Origin: Promethearchaeota archaeon
Lineage (GTDB): Archaea > Asgardarchaeota > Heimdallarchaeia > Hodarchaeales > Hodarchaeaceae
Direction: 5' to 3'
Length of the DNA: 64,000 bases
NCBI GenBank assembly: GCA_048938105.1
Contig: JBHLMN010000001.1
Location: 428,921 to 492,920 of the forward strand
Position 1 is the stretch's first letter. Each line of letters begins with the position of its first letter. The notes under the pieces are model-generated. The model was not told the origin of the DNA. It was given only the letters and a program-made list of their open reading frames with translations, and ran no database searches. Positions 29,941 through 39,505 of this stretch are shown here, piece after piece. The position numbers and the translations under genes were made by a program.

Positions 29941-31140
29941 CTAAGTCTGAAAAAAAGTTTCACAGGCTTTCCAGTCAGGAATAGGTTTTAATAATGATTT
30001 TAAGTAGTTTAATGATTGTTCAGTAGCTTCTATTATCTCCTCTTCAATGAATGGATACCCATCAAGCTTCTTCCAATCAAGGGGTGGATCTTTTAATTGA
30101 GGACAAACTTTTATGCCGTAATTTTGTAAACAAAAGTCTATCCAGTTGGAAGGAGAGGCTTTTGGTATCGATATTCCTGTGATACCAACCAAACTTGCCA
30201 ACCAAACACGAGCAACAGAATCAGGGGTATAACCACCTCCACCCAATAGTAATAATCTACCCTGAGAACTACATTTTCGACTTAATTCAGCTATTCGATT
30301 ACCAAGGTAGGAATACAATCCAGTTGTTAAAGCAAGATGGCCTAAAATGTCATGATAATGGCCATCAGCGCCACACTGCCAAATAACGAACTCAGGATCG
30401 TATTCTTCCCATATACATGGTATGATGTTCTCAAAAGCCATTATATACAGATCATTCCATGTTCCAGGGAAAAGTGGGATGTTTATTGTATAACCCAACC
30501 CTGGTCCCTTTCCAATTTCGTCTGTGAATCCAGTACCAGGAAAAAGGAACCTTGGAGACTCATGTAATGAAACTCCTAGGACGTTTTTATCCTCATAAAA
30601 TGCCTGTAAAACACCATCTCCATGGTGTACATCTGTATCAATATAAAGAACTCGCTCAATTCCGTATTTTTGTTGAAGATATTTGATAGATATGACTACA
30701 TCATTATAGTAACAAAATCCTGTGGCTTTCTCTGCAAACGCATGATGCAAGCCTCCGAGAAGTGCAAAAGCTTGCTGCACTTCACCACTTTGAATTCGTT
30801 TAATACCCTCAAGTGCACCGCCAACAACTAAACTAGAAGCTTCATGCATTTCAGAGAAGACAGGACAATCTCCTGTTCCTAATCCTAATTCCAACTGAGC
30901 CCCTTCCCCAGTTTTTGATAATGTCTTCATTGCATTTAAATAGTTAAGAGAATGAAAAAGAAGGATCTCCGAATCTGTTGCAGGAGAAGGAGTAAAGAAC
31001 TGAAAATCAGGTAGATTAAATAAATTTAAACTTTTGAATAGCTGATAAGGGATAAGCAAACGTTTAGGATTCATTGGGTGCCCTTCCCCTAAATTATACT
31101 TTAAATAACGATCTGACCAAATAATCCCTGTTTTTATCAA
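29941..31140 (-). CDS. Class I-like histone deacetylase / AcuC family protein
   Basis: HPMNPKR, GGLHHA, GFCYYND, DTDVHHGDG, QCGAD, GGGGY. Confidence 0.93.
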   Translation of the reverse strand: MIKTGIIWSDRYLKYNLGEGHPMNPKRLLIPYQLFKSLNLFNLPDFQFFTPSPATDSEILLFHSLNYLNAMKTLSKTGEGAQLELGLGTGDCPVFSEMHEASSLVVGGALEGIKRIQSGEVQQAFALLGGLHHAFAEKATGFCYYNDVVISIKYLQQKYGIERVLYIDTDVHHGDGVLQAFYEDKNVLGVSLHESPRFLFPGTGFTDEIGKGPGLGYTINIPLFPGTWNDLYIMAFENIIPCIWEEYDPEFVIWQCGADGHYHDILGHLALTTGLYSYLGNRIAELSRKCSSQGRLLLLGGGGYTPDSVARVWLASLVGITGISIPKASPSNWIDFCLQNYGIKVCPQLKDPPLDWKKLDGYPFIEEEIIEATEQSLNYLKSLLKPIPDWKACETFFQT

Positions 31141-31294
31141 GCTCTTGTCTCACCTTGACAACATTGGTTTCCATCTAACCATGAGTCCCTGTTCCTAACA
31201 GACCTATAGAGTAACTTAAAATCCGCTTCATTACGTTAACTTCAAATTCTCTAGGAAATCGTTAATTTTTTAAATTACCGGTATTATTGTAAAA

Positions 31295-31939
31295 ATGTTA
31301 TGGTCTTTTCTTAAAAACTATCAAACGGAAATTGAAAGAATGTCGAAAAAAAATGCGAAAATTAGCGTTCTAGGATTGGATAGAGCTGGAAAAACTACCA
31401 TGCTCCAAAGACTGAAGACAGGTCGCTGGATACCCGATACAACCCCCACTATTGGTATGAACGCCGAGACAATTCAAATAGGTGACGTTACTTTCTCAGC
31501 ATGGGATCTTGGTGGACAGCTACAGTTTAGAAGAGCCCTTTGGGAAATGTATACAAAGAATTCTGCTGGTTTGATTTATGTGGTCGATGTAAGTGATCCA
31601 TCACGTTATCCAGAGGCTAGAAGCAATCTGTGGCGAATGTTAAAAATGAACCATTTGAAGGATATCCCATTGGCTATCTTTGCAAATAAAGTTGATCTTC
31701 TCGAAAATAACAAAACAGAGCTTAATGAGGAAGATTTAGCTAATTTCATGGGTATCAATAAGAAAATGAGTCGAGTGTTGAATATATTCAGGACAAGTGC
31801 GAAAACTGGCGAGGGAATACATAAAGGAATTTATTGGTTAGCTGATGCTATTCAGGAAGGAAGACAGGTATCAATGGATATGTACCAGATCAAGTCCCTG
31901 TTTGGACGACCCTCAACTATTCTAAGCATTACTAGTTAA
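31295..31939 (+). CDS. Arf-family small GTPase
   Basis: GLDRAGKTT, PTIGMN, WDLGGQ, FANKVD, TSAKTGEG; N-terminal amphipathic extension. Confidence 0.93.
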   Translation: MLWSFLKNYQTEIERMSKKNAKISVLGLDRAGKTTMLQRLKTGRWIPDTTPTIGMNAETIQIGDVTFSAWDLGGQLQFRRALWEMYTKNSAGLIYVVDVSDPSRYPEARSNLWRMLKMNHLKDIPLAIFANKVDLLENNKTELNEEDLANFMGINKKMSRVLNIFRTSAKTGEGIHKGIYWLADAIQEGRQVSMDMYQIKSLFGRPSTILSITS

Positions 31940-31946
31940 ATTAAAA

Positions 31947-32648
31947 TTAACTTTGTTCTATATTCATCTCAGATTGGCGCAAAGCACGACGAATGAGATC
32001 CGTATCTTCCTTGTACAAATGGTTAATGTCTTTTAAAAGCCATTTCTCGGCCTGCACTAGAAATGAAAGATCTTTTAGCAGATTTCCCTTAAGTAACAAT
32101 TTTGCTCCTTGATAGAAATAGCTATTAACAATTGAGGGAGGGATTTTTGATGCCAATTCAGCCATTAAATGGGCAGCTGCAAATACATCCTTCGCTAAAA
32201 ACATACTGAGAATCGCACAAGAATAATTCATTGCAGCATTTTCATAAAACTTTAGTTCTAGATGTTTCTTTCCTGCTGCTAAATAGGCATCTTTAGCAGC
32301 TAAAAAGCGAGGCCTTTCTACCTCATCTATAGTCAAAGCTGGCCGTATTTCCTTCGGAATATTCCTAAGAAAGGATCCAAAGTCTTCCTGACGTAGTTCA
32401 TTTAGAATATCACTTGTTATATTATCTTGGATGATAACGGAATCTTGATCACTAATAGATGGTTTCGTTGTAGATTCAGGAAAAGGAGGACGTGCTATAA
32501 TGTCTAGAGGTTGCGTAGGGGAAGGGGGCAGATCAGATGGAGCGTAAAGAGATGAATATTCATGATCTAACAACGATGGAGGCTTTGGAAGGTCTTTAAC
32601 GTCAGAACTTGAACCTTTTCTTTTGATAGACCGCTTGAGCGGTGACAT
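31947..32648 (-). CDS. Pro-rich N-terminus + SNAP/TPR-like helical domain protein
   Basis: PKPP/PPSP/PPFP tract followed by AAKDAYLAAGKKHLELKFYENAAMNYSCA. Confidence 0.6.
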   Translation of the reverse strand: MSPLKRSIKRKGSSSDVKDLPKPPSLLDHEYSSLYAPSDLPPSPTQPLDIIARPPFPESTTKPSISDQDSVIIQDNITSDILNELRQEDFGSFLRNIPKEIRPALTIDEVERPRFLAAKDAYLAAGKKHLELKFYENAAMNYSCAILSMFLAKDVFAAAHLMAELASKIPPSIVNSYFYQGAKLLLKGNLLKDLSFLVQAEKWLLKDINHLYKEDTDLIRRALRQSEMNIEQS

Positions 32649-32732
32649 AAGGTTTCCCTTTTAGAATAATTTCCTCGACTTATCAAGGGATTTCCAAAGC
32701 AAAGTCGTATAAAAATACTTGCTAGTTTTTCA

Positions 32733-33359
32733 ATGAATAAATACCTTACCCTAAAGATCCTTAATAGTTGGAGTCTCATGGAAATCGAAATGAAAATACC
32801 TCTTAAGCCAAAATATTCCATTGACAAGATAGTAACACTCCTTTCAAAGAAATTTGGCGCTCATTCCGAGGAGATCACTCAAATTGATACATATTTTACA
32901 AGCCCAAACCATAATTTTATGAAATCTGATGAGGCGCTTCGATTACGCCAGATTTTGACTGAATCAGGAGAAGAAAAGATTGAAATTACCTATAAAGGCC
33001 CAAAGCAAGGTAAAACAATGAAAATCCGGGATGAAATTACTATCGAAGTTTCAAATATCATTAATGCAAAAAGAATTCTACTAAACTTAGGATTTCAGAT
33101 ATTTACTAAAATTAAGAAGAAGAGAATGAATTGGATACAAAATAATATTATAATTTCATTTGATAGAGTAGAAGGCTTGGGACTATTTCTTGAAATTGAG
33201 ACTATAACAACTTCAGAACACTCGGAGGAAATTACCAAAAGGAAAGACAAAATCATTCACATTGTAAGAGAAGTTCTTCCCAATTGGTCTGGAGAAGATG
33301 AAAGAAGATCGTACCTAGAATTACTAATAGAAAAACAGCTTAAACCAAAAGGAATCTGA
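32733..33359 (+). CDS. cyaB: CYTH-domain class IV adenylate cyclase-like protein (true start probably 32778)
   Basis: EIEMK, QIDTYF, ALRLR, TYKGP, GLGLFLEIE, SYLEL. Confidence 0.9.
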   Translation: MNKYLTLKILNSWSLMEIEMKIPLKPKYSIDKIVTLLSKKFGAHSEEITQIDTYFTSPNHNFMKSDEALRLRQILTESGEEKIEITYKGPKQGKTMKIRDEITIEVSNIINAKRILLNLGFQIFTKIKKKRMNWIQNNIIISFDRVEGLGLFLEIETITTSEHSEEITKRKDKIIHIVREVLPNWSGEDERRSYLELLIEKQLKPKGI

Positions 33360-34295
33360 GTGATGAGTCAAAATAAAATTCCAAAGGAATTTGCTGAAAG
33401 GTGGAAGTCATTCTACGGAGAGTTTCAGACTGAATCTATTATACGCAATCTTAGACAAGATGATCCACGTATAATTGTACCAAATCTGCTTAAAACTGAT
33501 ATTCCCACTTTAATATTTCAGTTAGAAAGAAAAGGTTTCAAATTTAAAAAGATAAATGAATTTAATGGATTGATTGTGACAATTGAACCGTTTAATATCG
33601 TTTCAACACCTGAATACTTATCAGGTATGTTTTCTATACAAGCACTCTCATCTTTAATCCCACCATTAAGCTTGCAACCCTCACCCCACAGTATTGTTGC
33701 TGATTTAACTGCTTCTCCAGGAATAAAAACTAGTTTTTTAGCTCAACAAATGAATAACCAAGGAACTATAATTGCTATCGAAAAATCTAGCAAGCGGATA
33801 CCAGCATTAAAAGCAAATCTGATAAGAATGGGAGTTTTAAACACAATAATCCTGAACTTTGATTCTGTTTTGTTCCCTAAGCTAAACATTCAAGTAGATC
33901 ATATCCTTCTTGACGCCCCCTGCACAGGAACAGGACTTAAACTTGCTAAAACCAAACGCTTGAGACCAAGAATGCTTAATGATATTTTTCGCCTTGCAAA
34001 ACAACAAGAAGCTCTAATAGAAAAGGCTTGGGAACAATTGAAACCAAATGGAACTCTTATTTATTCCACCTGTAGCCTAGAACCTGAAGAGGGGGAAGTG
34101 CAGATTGATAACTTCCTTGAACATCATGAAAACGAAGTTGTTCTTCTTCCTATACCTTTTGATATTGGCTCTCCTGGTAGGAATACCAACTGGAAAACCC
34201 CGCTCAATACTCAATTAGTGAAAACTAAACGTATATTCCCGAAACCAGGTTATGATGGCTTTTTCACTGCTATTTTAAAAAAAGTGATTAACTGA
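33360..34295 (+). CDS. RsmB/NOP2-family RNA m5C methyltransferase
   Basis: TPEYLSG...Q, DLTASPGIKT, LLDAPCTG, YSTCS, GFF. Confidence 0.92.
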   Translation: MMSQNKIPKEFAERWKSFYGEFQTESIIRNLRQDDPRIIVPNLLKTDIPTLIFQLERKGFKFKKINEFNGLIVTIEPFNIVSTPEYLSGMFSIQALSSLIPPLSLQPSPHSIVADLTASPGIKTSFLAQQMNNQGTIIAIEKSSKRIPALKANLIRMGVLNTIILNFDSVLFPKLNIQVDHILLDAPCTGTGLKLAKTKRLRPRMLNDIFRLAKQQEALIEKAWEQLKPNGTLIYSTCSLEPEEGEVQIDNFLEHHENEVVLLPIPFDIGSPGRNTNWKTPLNTQLVKTKRIFPKPGYDGFFTAILKKVIN

Positions 34296-34840
34296 TGTTC
34301 TTCAAACCATTAACAATAGATGAAACAAACCAGGTTGAAACAACAATCAACCAACTACTTGACTCTGATGCTATGACCATTATTCTCAAAAGAAAAGAAC
34401 TTATCAAAATAAAGGGGGACAGAAATGATGTTTATTTAGTTTCAAAAGAAGATATTCATTTATTTGAACGGCTTTCCTCAAAACTCCCAAAAAAGGATTT
34501 GAATATTGTACATGCACGGATCAAATTAGGTTTCTTTATTCATGAGAAATTCCTTATTGGAATCGAATCTTTGTCTTTTTTATCCCCATTAACACATAGA
34601 AGAATTTCTTTGGACACAAAAAGCACACAAAAGTTTATATATGGTAATGATATTGTCATTAACACTGTTTCATTAAAGAAGCAGATAAAACACCTTGAAG
34701 AGAACACTACTATCATAGTATTTTCGGATACCAACATTCCAATCGGATATGCAAAGATTCTTTCAAAAGAGAAGAAACCATGGTTACAGAATTTAGTAGA
34801 TATCGGTATTTTCTTACGTTCAGAAAAAAGTGCTTTCTAA
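34295..34840 (+). CDS. NIP7-like PUA-domain ribosome biogenesis protein
   Basis: FIYGND, NIPIGYA, C-terminal DIGIFLR. Translationally coupled to the NOP2-like gene. Confidence 0.78.
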   Translation: MFFKPLTIDETNQVETTINQLLDSDAMTIILKRKELIKIKGDRNDVYLVSKEDIHLFERLSSKLPKKDLNIVHARIKLGFFIHEKFLIGIESLSFLSPLTHRRISLDTKSTQKFIYGNDIVINTVSLKKQIKHLEENTTIIVFSDTNIPIGYAKILSKEKKPWLQNLVDIGIFLRSEKSAF

Positions 34841-35097
34841 TAAATGCACTAAAATTCATCATCATTTGTGAAAAAGACCATAATCTTGGACTGAGGATTC
34901 ATAACATTGGACTGGGGGAACATAAGTTTGGACTAGACTTCCTAGAAAAGGGATTGTTAAACATAACTTGAGAATAATAGAATAAGAATGTTAAATCCTA
35001 AAATCGAAAAGGCTCGCAAAGAGATTAATGATATAATGATGTATCCAAAGCGTACCTGCTATTCATAAAAATTAATCCATATTAGGAGTAACTTAAA

Positions 35098-35994
35098 TTA
35101 CAATCTTTTTTGCTTATTTTCTTTATTTTGCCAGGCAAGGTAAGCATATAATGTTGCCCATTTACTAGGTTTCCCTACCCTTTCTTTTGCCAAATATGAT
35201 TTATTTAGAGTTCCCTCCAATAAAATTCTACCTTGTTGATCCCTCTTTTTATCCAAAAGATCCCAGGCTTCCTGAAATTCAGATGCATGCCCATACCCCA
35301 ATATTGCAAGTGCATCAAGCAGTACCGGCAATCCGATACGCATGAATTCAATTGGAAAAAACACATCAGTCATTCTTCGACCGGGACGGCAATTGAGTAC
35401 CAATTGAGTAGGATTATCAGTTCGATAAAAAAGTCGACGTTTAAGAAAATAATTTACTAATTGTTCACTCCTAATAAAATTGAACCCCTGTTTTTTTAGT
35501 TCACCAATAAGCAATAGACCATGCATAGCGACTTTTATGCAGCTTTTTGGTATTCTTTTCAGCTTTCTGACACGATGAAGGCAAAGCCACCCGCCATCAG
35601 GTAATTGAGTATCTACTACTTGAGTAAGACGTTTCTGAACTCGTAAATCATTTCCATAACCCAACATTATCAGGGCACGTAGAGTCATCAGATCCCCACA
35701 ACCAGCATCAAATGGTTGTAAGAGTAGCTTGTCGACTACTGATTCTATTGGAACATCCTGATGTGATAATCCCGATTCAGCTAATGCGGTTAAATTATAT
35801 ACGAGTACCTGCCCCTTCAGTGGCATCCAAGACAAATCATATGCTGGTTTAAGAGTCTGGATCACGATGTGTCGTGCAGCCTTTACCTTCTCATGATTTT
35901 CTGGAAGACCGCACAATCCAGTTAATGTACGCATACGTACTGCGGGATTATTTTCCTCCAATAACCAACTTGTTATTTCAGGAGTAATTCTCAT
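35098..35994 (-). CDS. Alpha/alpha-barrel (prenyltransferase/squalene cyclase-like) hypothetical protein
   Basis: WLLEENNPAVR, QLPDGGWLC, GKPSKWATL. Confidence 0.7.
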   Translation of the reverse strand: MRITPEITSWLLEENNPAVRMRTLTGLCGLPENHEKVKAARHIVIQTLKPAYDLSWMPLKGQVLVYNLTALAESGLSHQDVPIESVVDKLLLQPFDAGCGDLMTLRALIMLGYGNDLRVQKRLTQVVDTQLPDGGWLCLHRVRKLKRIPKSCIKVAMHGLLLIGELKKQGFNFIRSEQLVNYFLKRRLFYRTDNPTQLVLNCRPGRRMTDVFFPIEFMRIGLPVLLDALAILGYGHASEFQEAWDLLDKKRDQQGRILLEGTLNKSYLAKERVGKPSKWATLYAYLAWQNKENKQKRL

Positions 35995-36076
35995 TGTATA
36001 ACCTATGGAAATCTTTTACCAATTTTATGATACCATTTACATCATTTTAGTCGTAGAAATTAGCGTGTACTGAATC

Positions 36077-37111
36077 TCACGTTCTTAAAGTAGCTCGACA
36101 TTTTTTACATCTAGCTTTTTTGCTTTCTATTATTTTATTCGTTGTATTGCATTTGGGACAATTAACGAACACTTCTTTCAACCCAAAATTACCTAAAGTG
36201 CCTTGTCCTACTAGAACTGATTTTTCAGCTTGCTGTTTCATTTTCAAAAACAGAGGACTATCCGATTCACTTAAATTTTTCAATGAATCCCTTAATTCAT
36301 CTAAATTCGCAGCTTGCTCTTGTTCTTTTCTCTTCTTTTGAAAGTATTCCTTTTTCTGTTTCTGTGTCATCTTTTCTATTAGCTGTAATTCTTTTAAGCG
36401 ACTATTGTACTGATTTCGCTGAGAAATAGGTAATTCAGAGAGGAATTCTGGTATATATTTTTTCAATTCAGCAAGAGTCATATTAGAAAAATCAAGATCA
36501 CTAGTAATAATTTTCCCATTATCTTGAGTATTGGTCTTTGGAGGAGGTGGGGGAGGAGGAAGAGATCTCTGAGCTGAAGATAAGTTACTTTTTATAGATT
36601 TTAGATCATGTTCAATATCCTTTCGGATTGTAGCAAGAATTTCATCTATTATGTCACTCATATAATCTCGTGAGCTTGAATTTCCTAATTTCGATTCCAT
36701 ATTTCTTACTTGAGCTTCTAATTCCCCTATTTTCCTATTTTGCGCATGTATTACTTCCCCCTTCCTATAACAATCAAAACAAACACCTGAAACAAGCTCA
36801 TTTTCCATGGTTCCTTTACCGCAAATACCACAGACTCTGAACATCTCACCAAGATCTCTCAATACCTTGGTAAGGCTTTCACCTGGATTATTACTCTCTT
36901 CCTCAACCTCTATGAGCGCTTTTCTCGCTTTCTCACCAATAGTGGGAAATTCTAATTCCTTCTGATACTCTCCTTCACTTATATTCTGAAAATCTTTGTC
37001 AATTTCTCCTAATTGTGTAAGAATGTCTTCTAAATTCTTATAAGGATTCTTCAAGACGCTTGAAACCGAAGTAAGCTTCTTTATTGTTTCTCGTTCTAAT
37101 CTGTCAGACAT
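36077..37111 (-). CDS. Zn-finger / coiled-coil / polyproline hypothetical protein
   Basis: CGIC..CFDC, coiled coil, LPPPPPPPK, C-terminal CPKC..CKKC. Confidence 0.75.
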   Translation of the reverse strand: MSDRLERETIKKLTSVSSVLKNPYKNLEDILTQLGEIDKDFQNISEGEYQKELEFPTIGEKARKALIEVEEESNNPGESLTKVLRDLGEMFRVCGICGKGTMENELVSGVCFDCYRKGEVIHAQNRKIGELEAQVRNMESKLGNSSSRDYMSDIIDEILATIRKDIEHDLKSIKSNLSSAQRSLPPPPPPPKTNTQDNGKIITSDLDFSNMTLAELKKYIPEFLSELPISQRNQYNSRLKELQLIEKMTQKQKKEYFQKKRKEQEQAANLDELRDSLKNLSESDSPLFLKMKQQAEKSVLVGQGTLGNFGLKEVFVNCPKCNTTNKIIESKKARCKKCRATLRT

Positions 37112-37121
37112 TATGCTTACC

Positions 37122-37817
37122 TCATCTACGTTCTAGAGACTGGGCACGGCGAAGGAAAGTACGTGCAACTGTTCGTTCTATTGAATCGACCTCAGATCGA
37201 CTTTCATTTATCACAACAGTAACTATCTTAGCAATTAAATCAAAGTTTGGATCAGCAATTTGAGGAATACCAGATTTCAATAATTCTGCAGGTGTAATGT
37301 TACGTTGTCTTGCTGCAGTAGTAATCAGATCAAATTGTTCTTTAATCACCTTTATAATCAGGGGATCAATTTGTTCGCTATTTTCTAAAGTTTGTTGTTT
37401 CAGAAATTTAATCTGTAATTCTCTATCTTCTAATGTACGATATAGATTGTTAACTGTTTTTTGAAGCTCTTCAACTAGAGAAGTATTTAGAGGGGTTGTT
37501 TGAGGTTCCGACTCTTTTAAGACTCTGAGAGGATCATTAAGAAGAATATTTTCTTCTTGGACTATTATGTCTTGATAGAATCGTTGCCAATAGGTTTTAT
37601 GTGGTAAACCAATATATCTTCGACGTTGGCCTTTTGGTAATGAAACTTTAACCACAGCTACTTTGTTTTTATCCTGTAAACGATTGATCGCACCGTCAAC
37701 TTTCCCTCGACTCCAATTTAATCGTGATGTAAGATCATTAATTGTTACAGGACGTTCAAATGACTCTAATTTTGAGTGTAGAATTTTGTCTGTAACTTCA
37801 GCAATTCCTTTTGGCAA
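37122..37817 (-). CDS. Winged-helix + coiled-coil protein
   Basis: TINDLTSRLNWSRGKVDGAINRL HTH. Upstream of and co-oriented with the polyproline protein. Confidence 0.7.
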   Translation of the reverse strand: MPKGIAEVTDKILHSKLESFERPVTINDLTSRLNWSRGKVDGAINRLQDKNKVAVVKVSLPKGQRRRYIGLPHKTYWQRFYQDIIVQEENILLNDPLRVLKESEPQTTPLNTSLVEELQKTVNNLYRTLEDRELQIKFLKQQTLENSEQIDPLIIKVIKEQFDLITTAARQRNITPAELLKSGIPQIADPNFDLIAKIVTVVINESRSEVDSIERTVARTFLRRAQSLERR

Positions 37818-38311
37818 CTATAAACGCTTCCAAATGCTCCTTTCTCATTTATAACTTTAACAGATATCATATAGGCAAGTCTAAATTGAAATAAGCTATT
37901 AATTTTTGTAAGATCTCATTAGAGGCCCAATTATATGATATAAAATTAACATAATCAGGCCTATATAAATTTGTTTATATAGAGAAACTTGAAACAGTAT
38001 TATTATATCAATCAGAATAATATAGACATGTCTAATATTGATTATGTTATTCAATTATTCTAAATTCCTGTTAATCAAAAGAAAGAAGAAACACCCAAAT
38101 AGAACATCCATCAAAAAAAAAGAGAATTATACATTTACTAGAGATAAAAACTTAGGTTATCCTTTTATGGCTATTAAATTTGGTTTGATACATCTGAATT
38201 CTCAATATCTAAATGTTAAATTTTTTAAACAATGATTTAGGAGTAATAAATCGATTCAGGGTACAGAATCCTCATATAGAAGAATTTATGGTATGAGAAC
38301 AGGCGTTAAAA

Positions 38312-39136
38312 TTGTCATTTGCTATTTATATGATAAGAAATGGACTTTTTGGTCACGATTATGAAATGAAACTATTATTAACGTTAATTGGACTGGGTGT
38401 TTGCGTCCTATTCATTGTTTTTTCTAAAAAAAATGATTACATCTTTGTTTTTATTACGGGATTGATAATTTGGTCGACATTCGAATTAATGATCACTGCT
38501 TTTGGCATCAGATCCAGTATTGATGCCTCACTATTTGGAATTGATCTGCATTGGAGCTTAGCGGGTGTTATAAGGGGATCATCAGAAGGTTCGGTTGTTG
38601 CAATTGTAGGAATCATTTTTGGTGATTATATTCCTAGTAAAAAACATAGAAAAATTGCTATCCCTGCTGCAATTCTATTACTCACTTATTTTGTTTCTAG
38701 AACTCTCCTAAATGGTCTTCCAGGTAAAAACATAGGAGGAGATGTAATTTCACGAAGAGAAATTTTCGCCTGGCCATCAGTACTATTTTTTCTTATCTTT
38801 ACAATCCTTGTTACTACCTGGTATATCTCTCAAAAAGATTCTCAAATCAAGAATAGAGCTCGAAATATGTTCATCTCGACTTGTATTTTTTCTTCTATTT
38901 GGTCAATTGCTCAATATATTGCAAATACTCGTTGGATAGAAGTGAAAACAAATTCTACTTTCATACAAGCTCCTCCTGTTGTCGAATTCTTTGTCTTTGC
39001 TTGGGATATATTTTTTGAAATTTCTCTATGTTATGTGACTTTTCTGGTTATCCCAATCATGTTGAATTTAATAAAACAACCTCAAGAACTTCTTTCATCC
39101 ATAACGACCAGTTTCAAGCTGGAGATAGAGGAATAG
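38312..39136 (+). CDS. Multi-pass membrane hypothetical protein
   Basis: About 7-8 hydrophobic segments. Confidence 0.75.
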   Translation: MSFAIYMIRNGLFGHDYEMKLLLTLIGLGVCVLFIVFSKKNDYIFVFITGLIIWSTFELMITAFGIRSSIDASLFGIDLHWSLAGVIRGSSEGSVVAIVGIIFGDYIPSKKHRKIAIPAAILLLTYFVSRTLLNGLPGKNIGGDVISRREIFAWPSVLFFLIFTILVTTWYISQKDSQIKNRARNMFISTCIFSSIWSIAQYIANTRWIEVKTNSTFIQAPPVVEFFVFAWDIFFEISLCYVTFLVIPIMLNLIKQPQELLSSITTSFKLEIEE

Positions 39137-39146
39137 AAATAGTATG

Positions 39147-39210
39147 GCTTCAGAGAGTAATCTAGCTTCTGTTAACTCTTCAGGGTCACCCATCGGAGTT
39201 TCTGACATCA
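39147..39210 (-). repeat. rnpB 3'-end fragment, copy 1 (short, ~64 bp; att-like scar)
   Basis: Degenerate match to 60636-60700. Ends at TTTCTGACATCA. Confidence 0.85.
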
Positions 39211-39505
39211 CTCTCAATGTAACAAAGAAATATCGTTTATATAAAGCCATGTTAACAAGAAATTGATAAAAATAGCAGAATGAATAAGACCTTTTAAACC
39301 TCAATAATGATAGAGGGATTTTAGAAGATTTTTCCTCTAGGAACAACTGGAAACATGAATTTGCATTTGGAGGCGTAATATAACGAAGAAAGAATTTTTA
39401 AAGGAGTCAATCAAAGAAAGTAAAATAATTGGTAGAATTAGAACGCATTTAGAGAAACAAAGTAAAAATCTCCCTACTTTAGTTAAATTAAACTTTCTGG
39501 CAATT

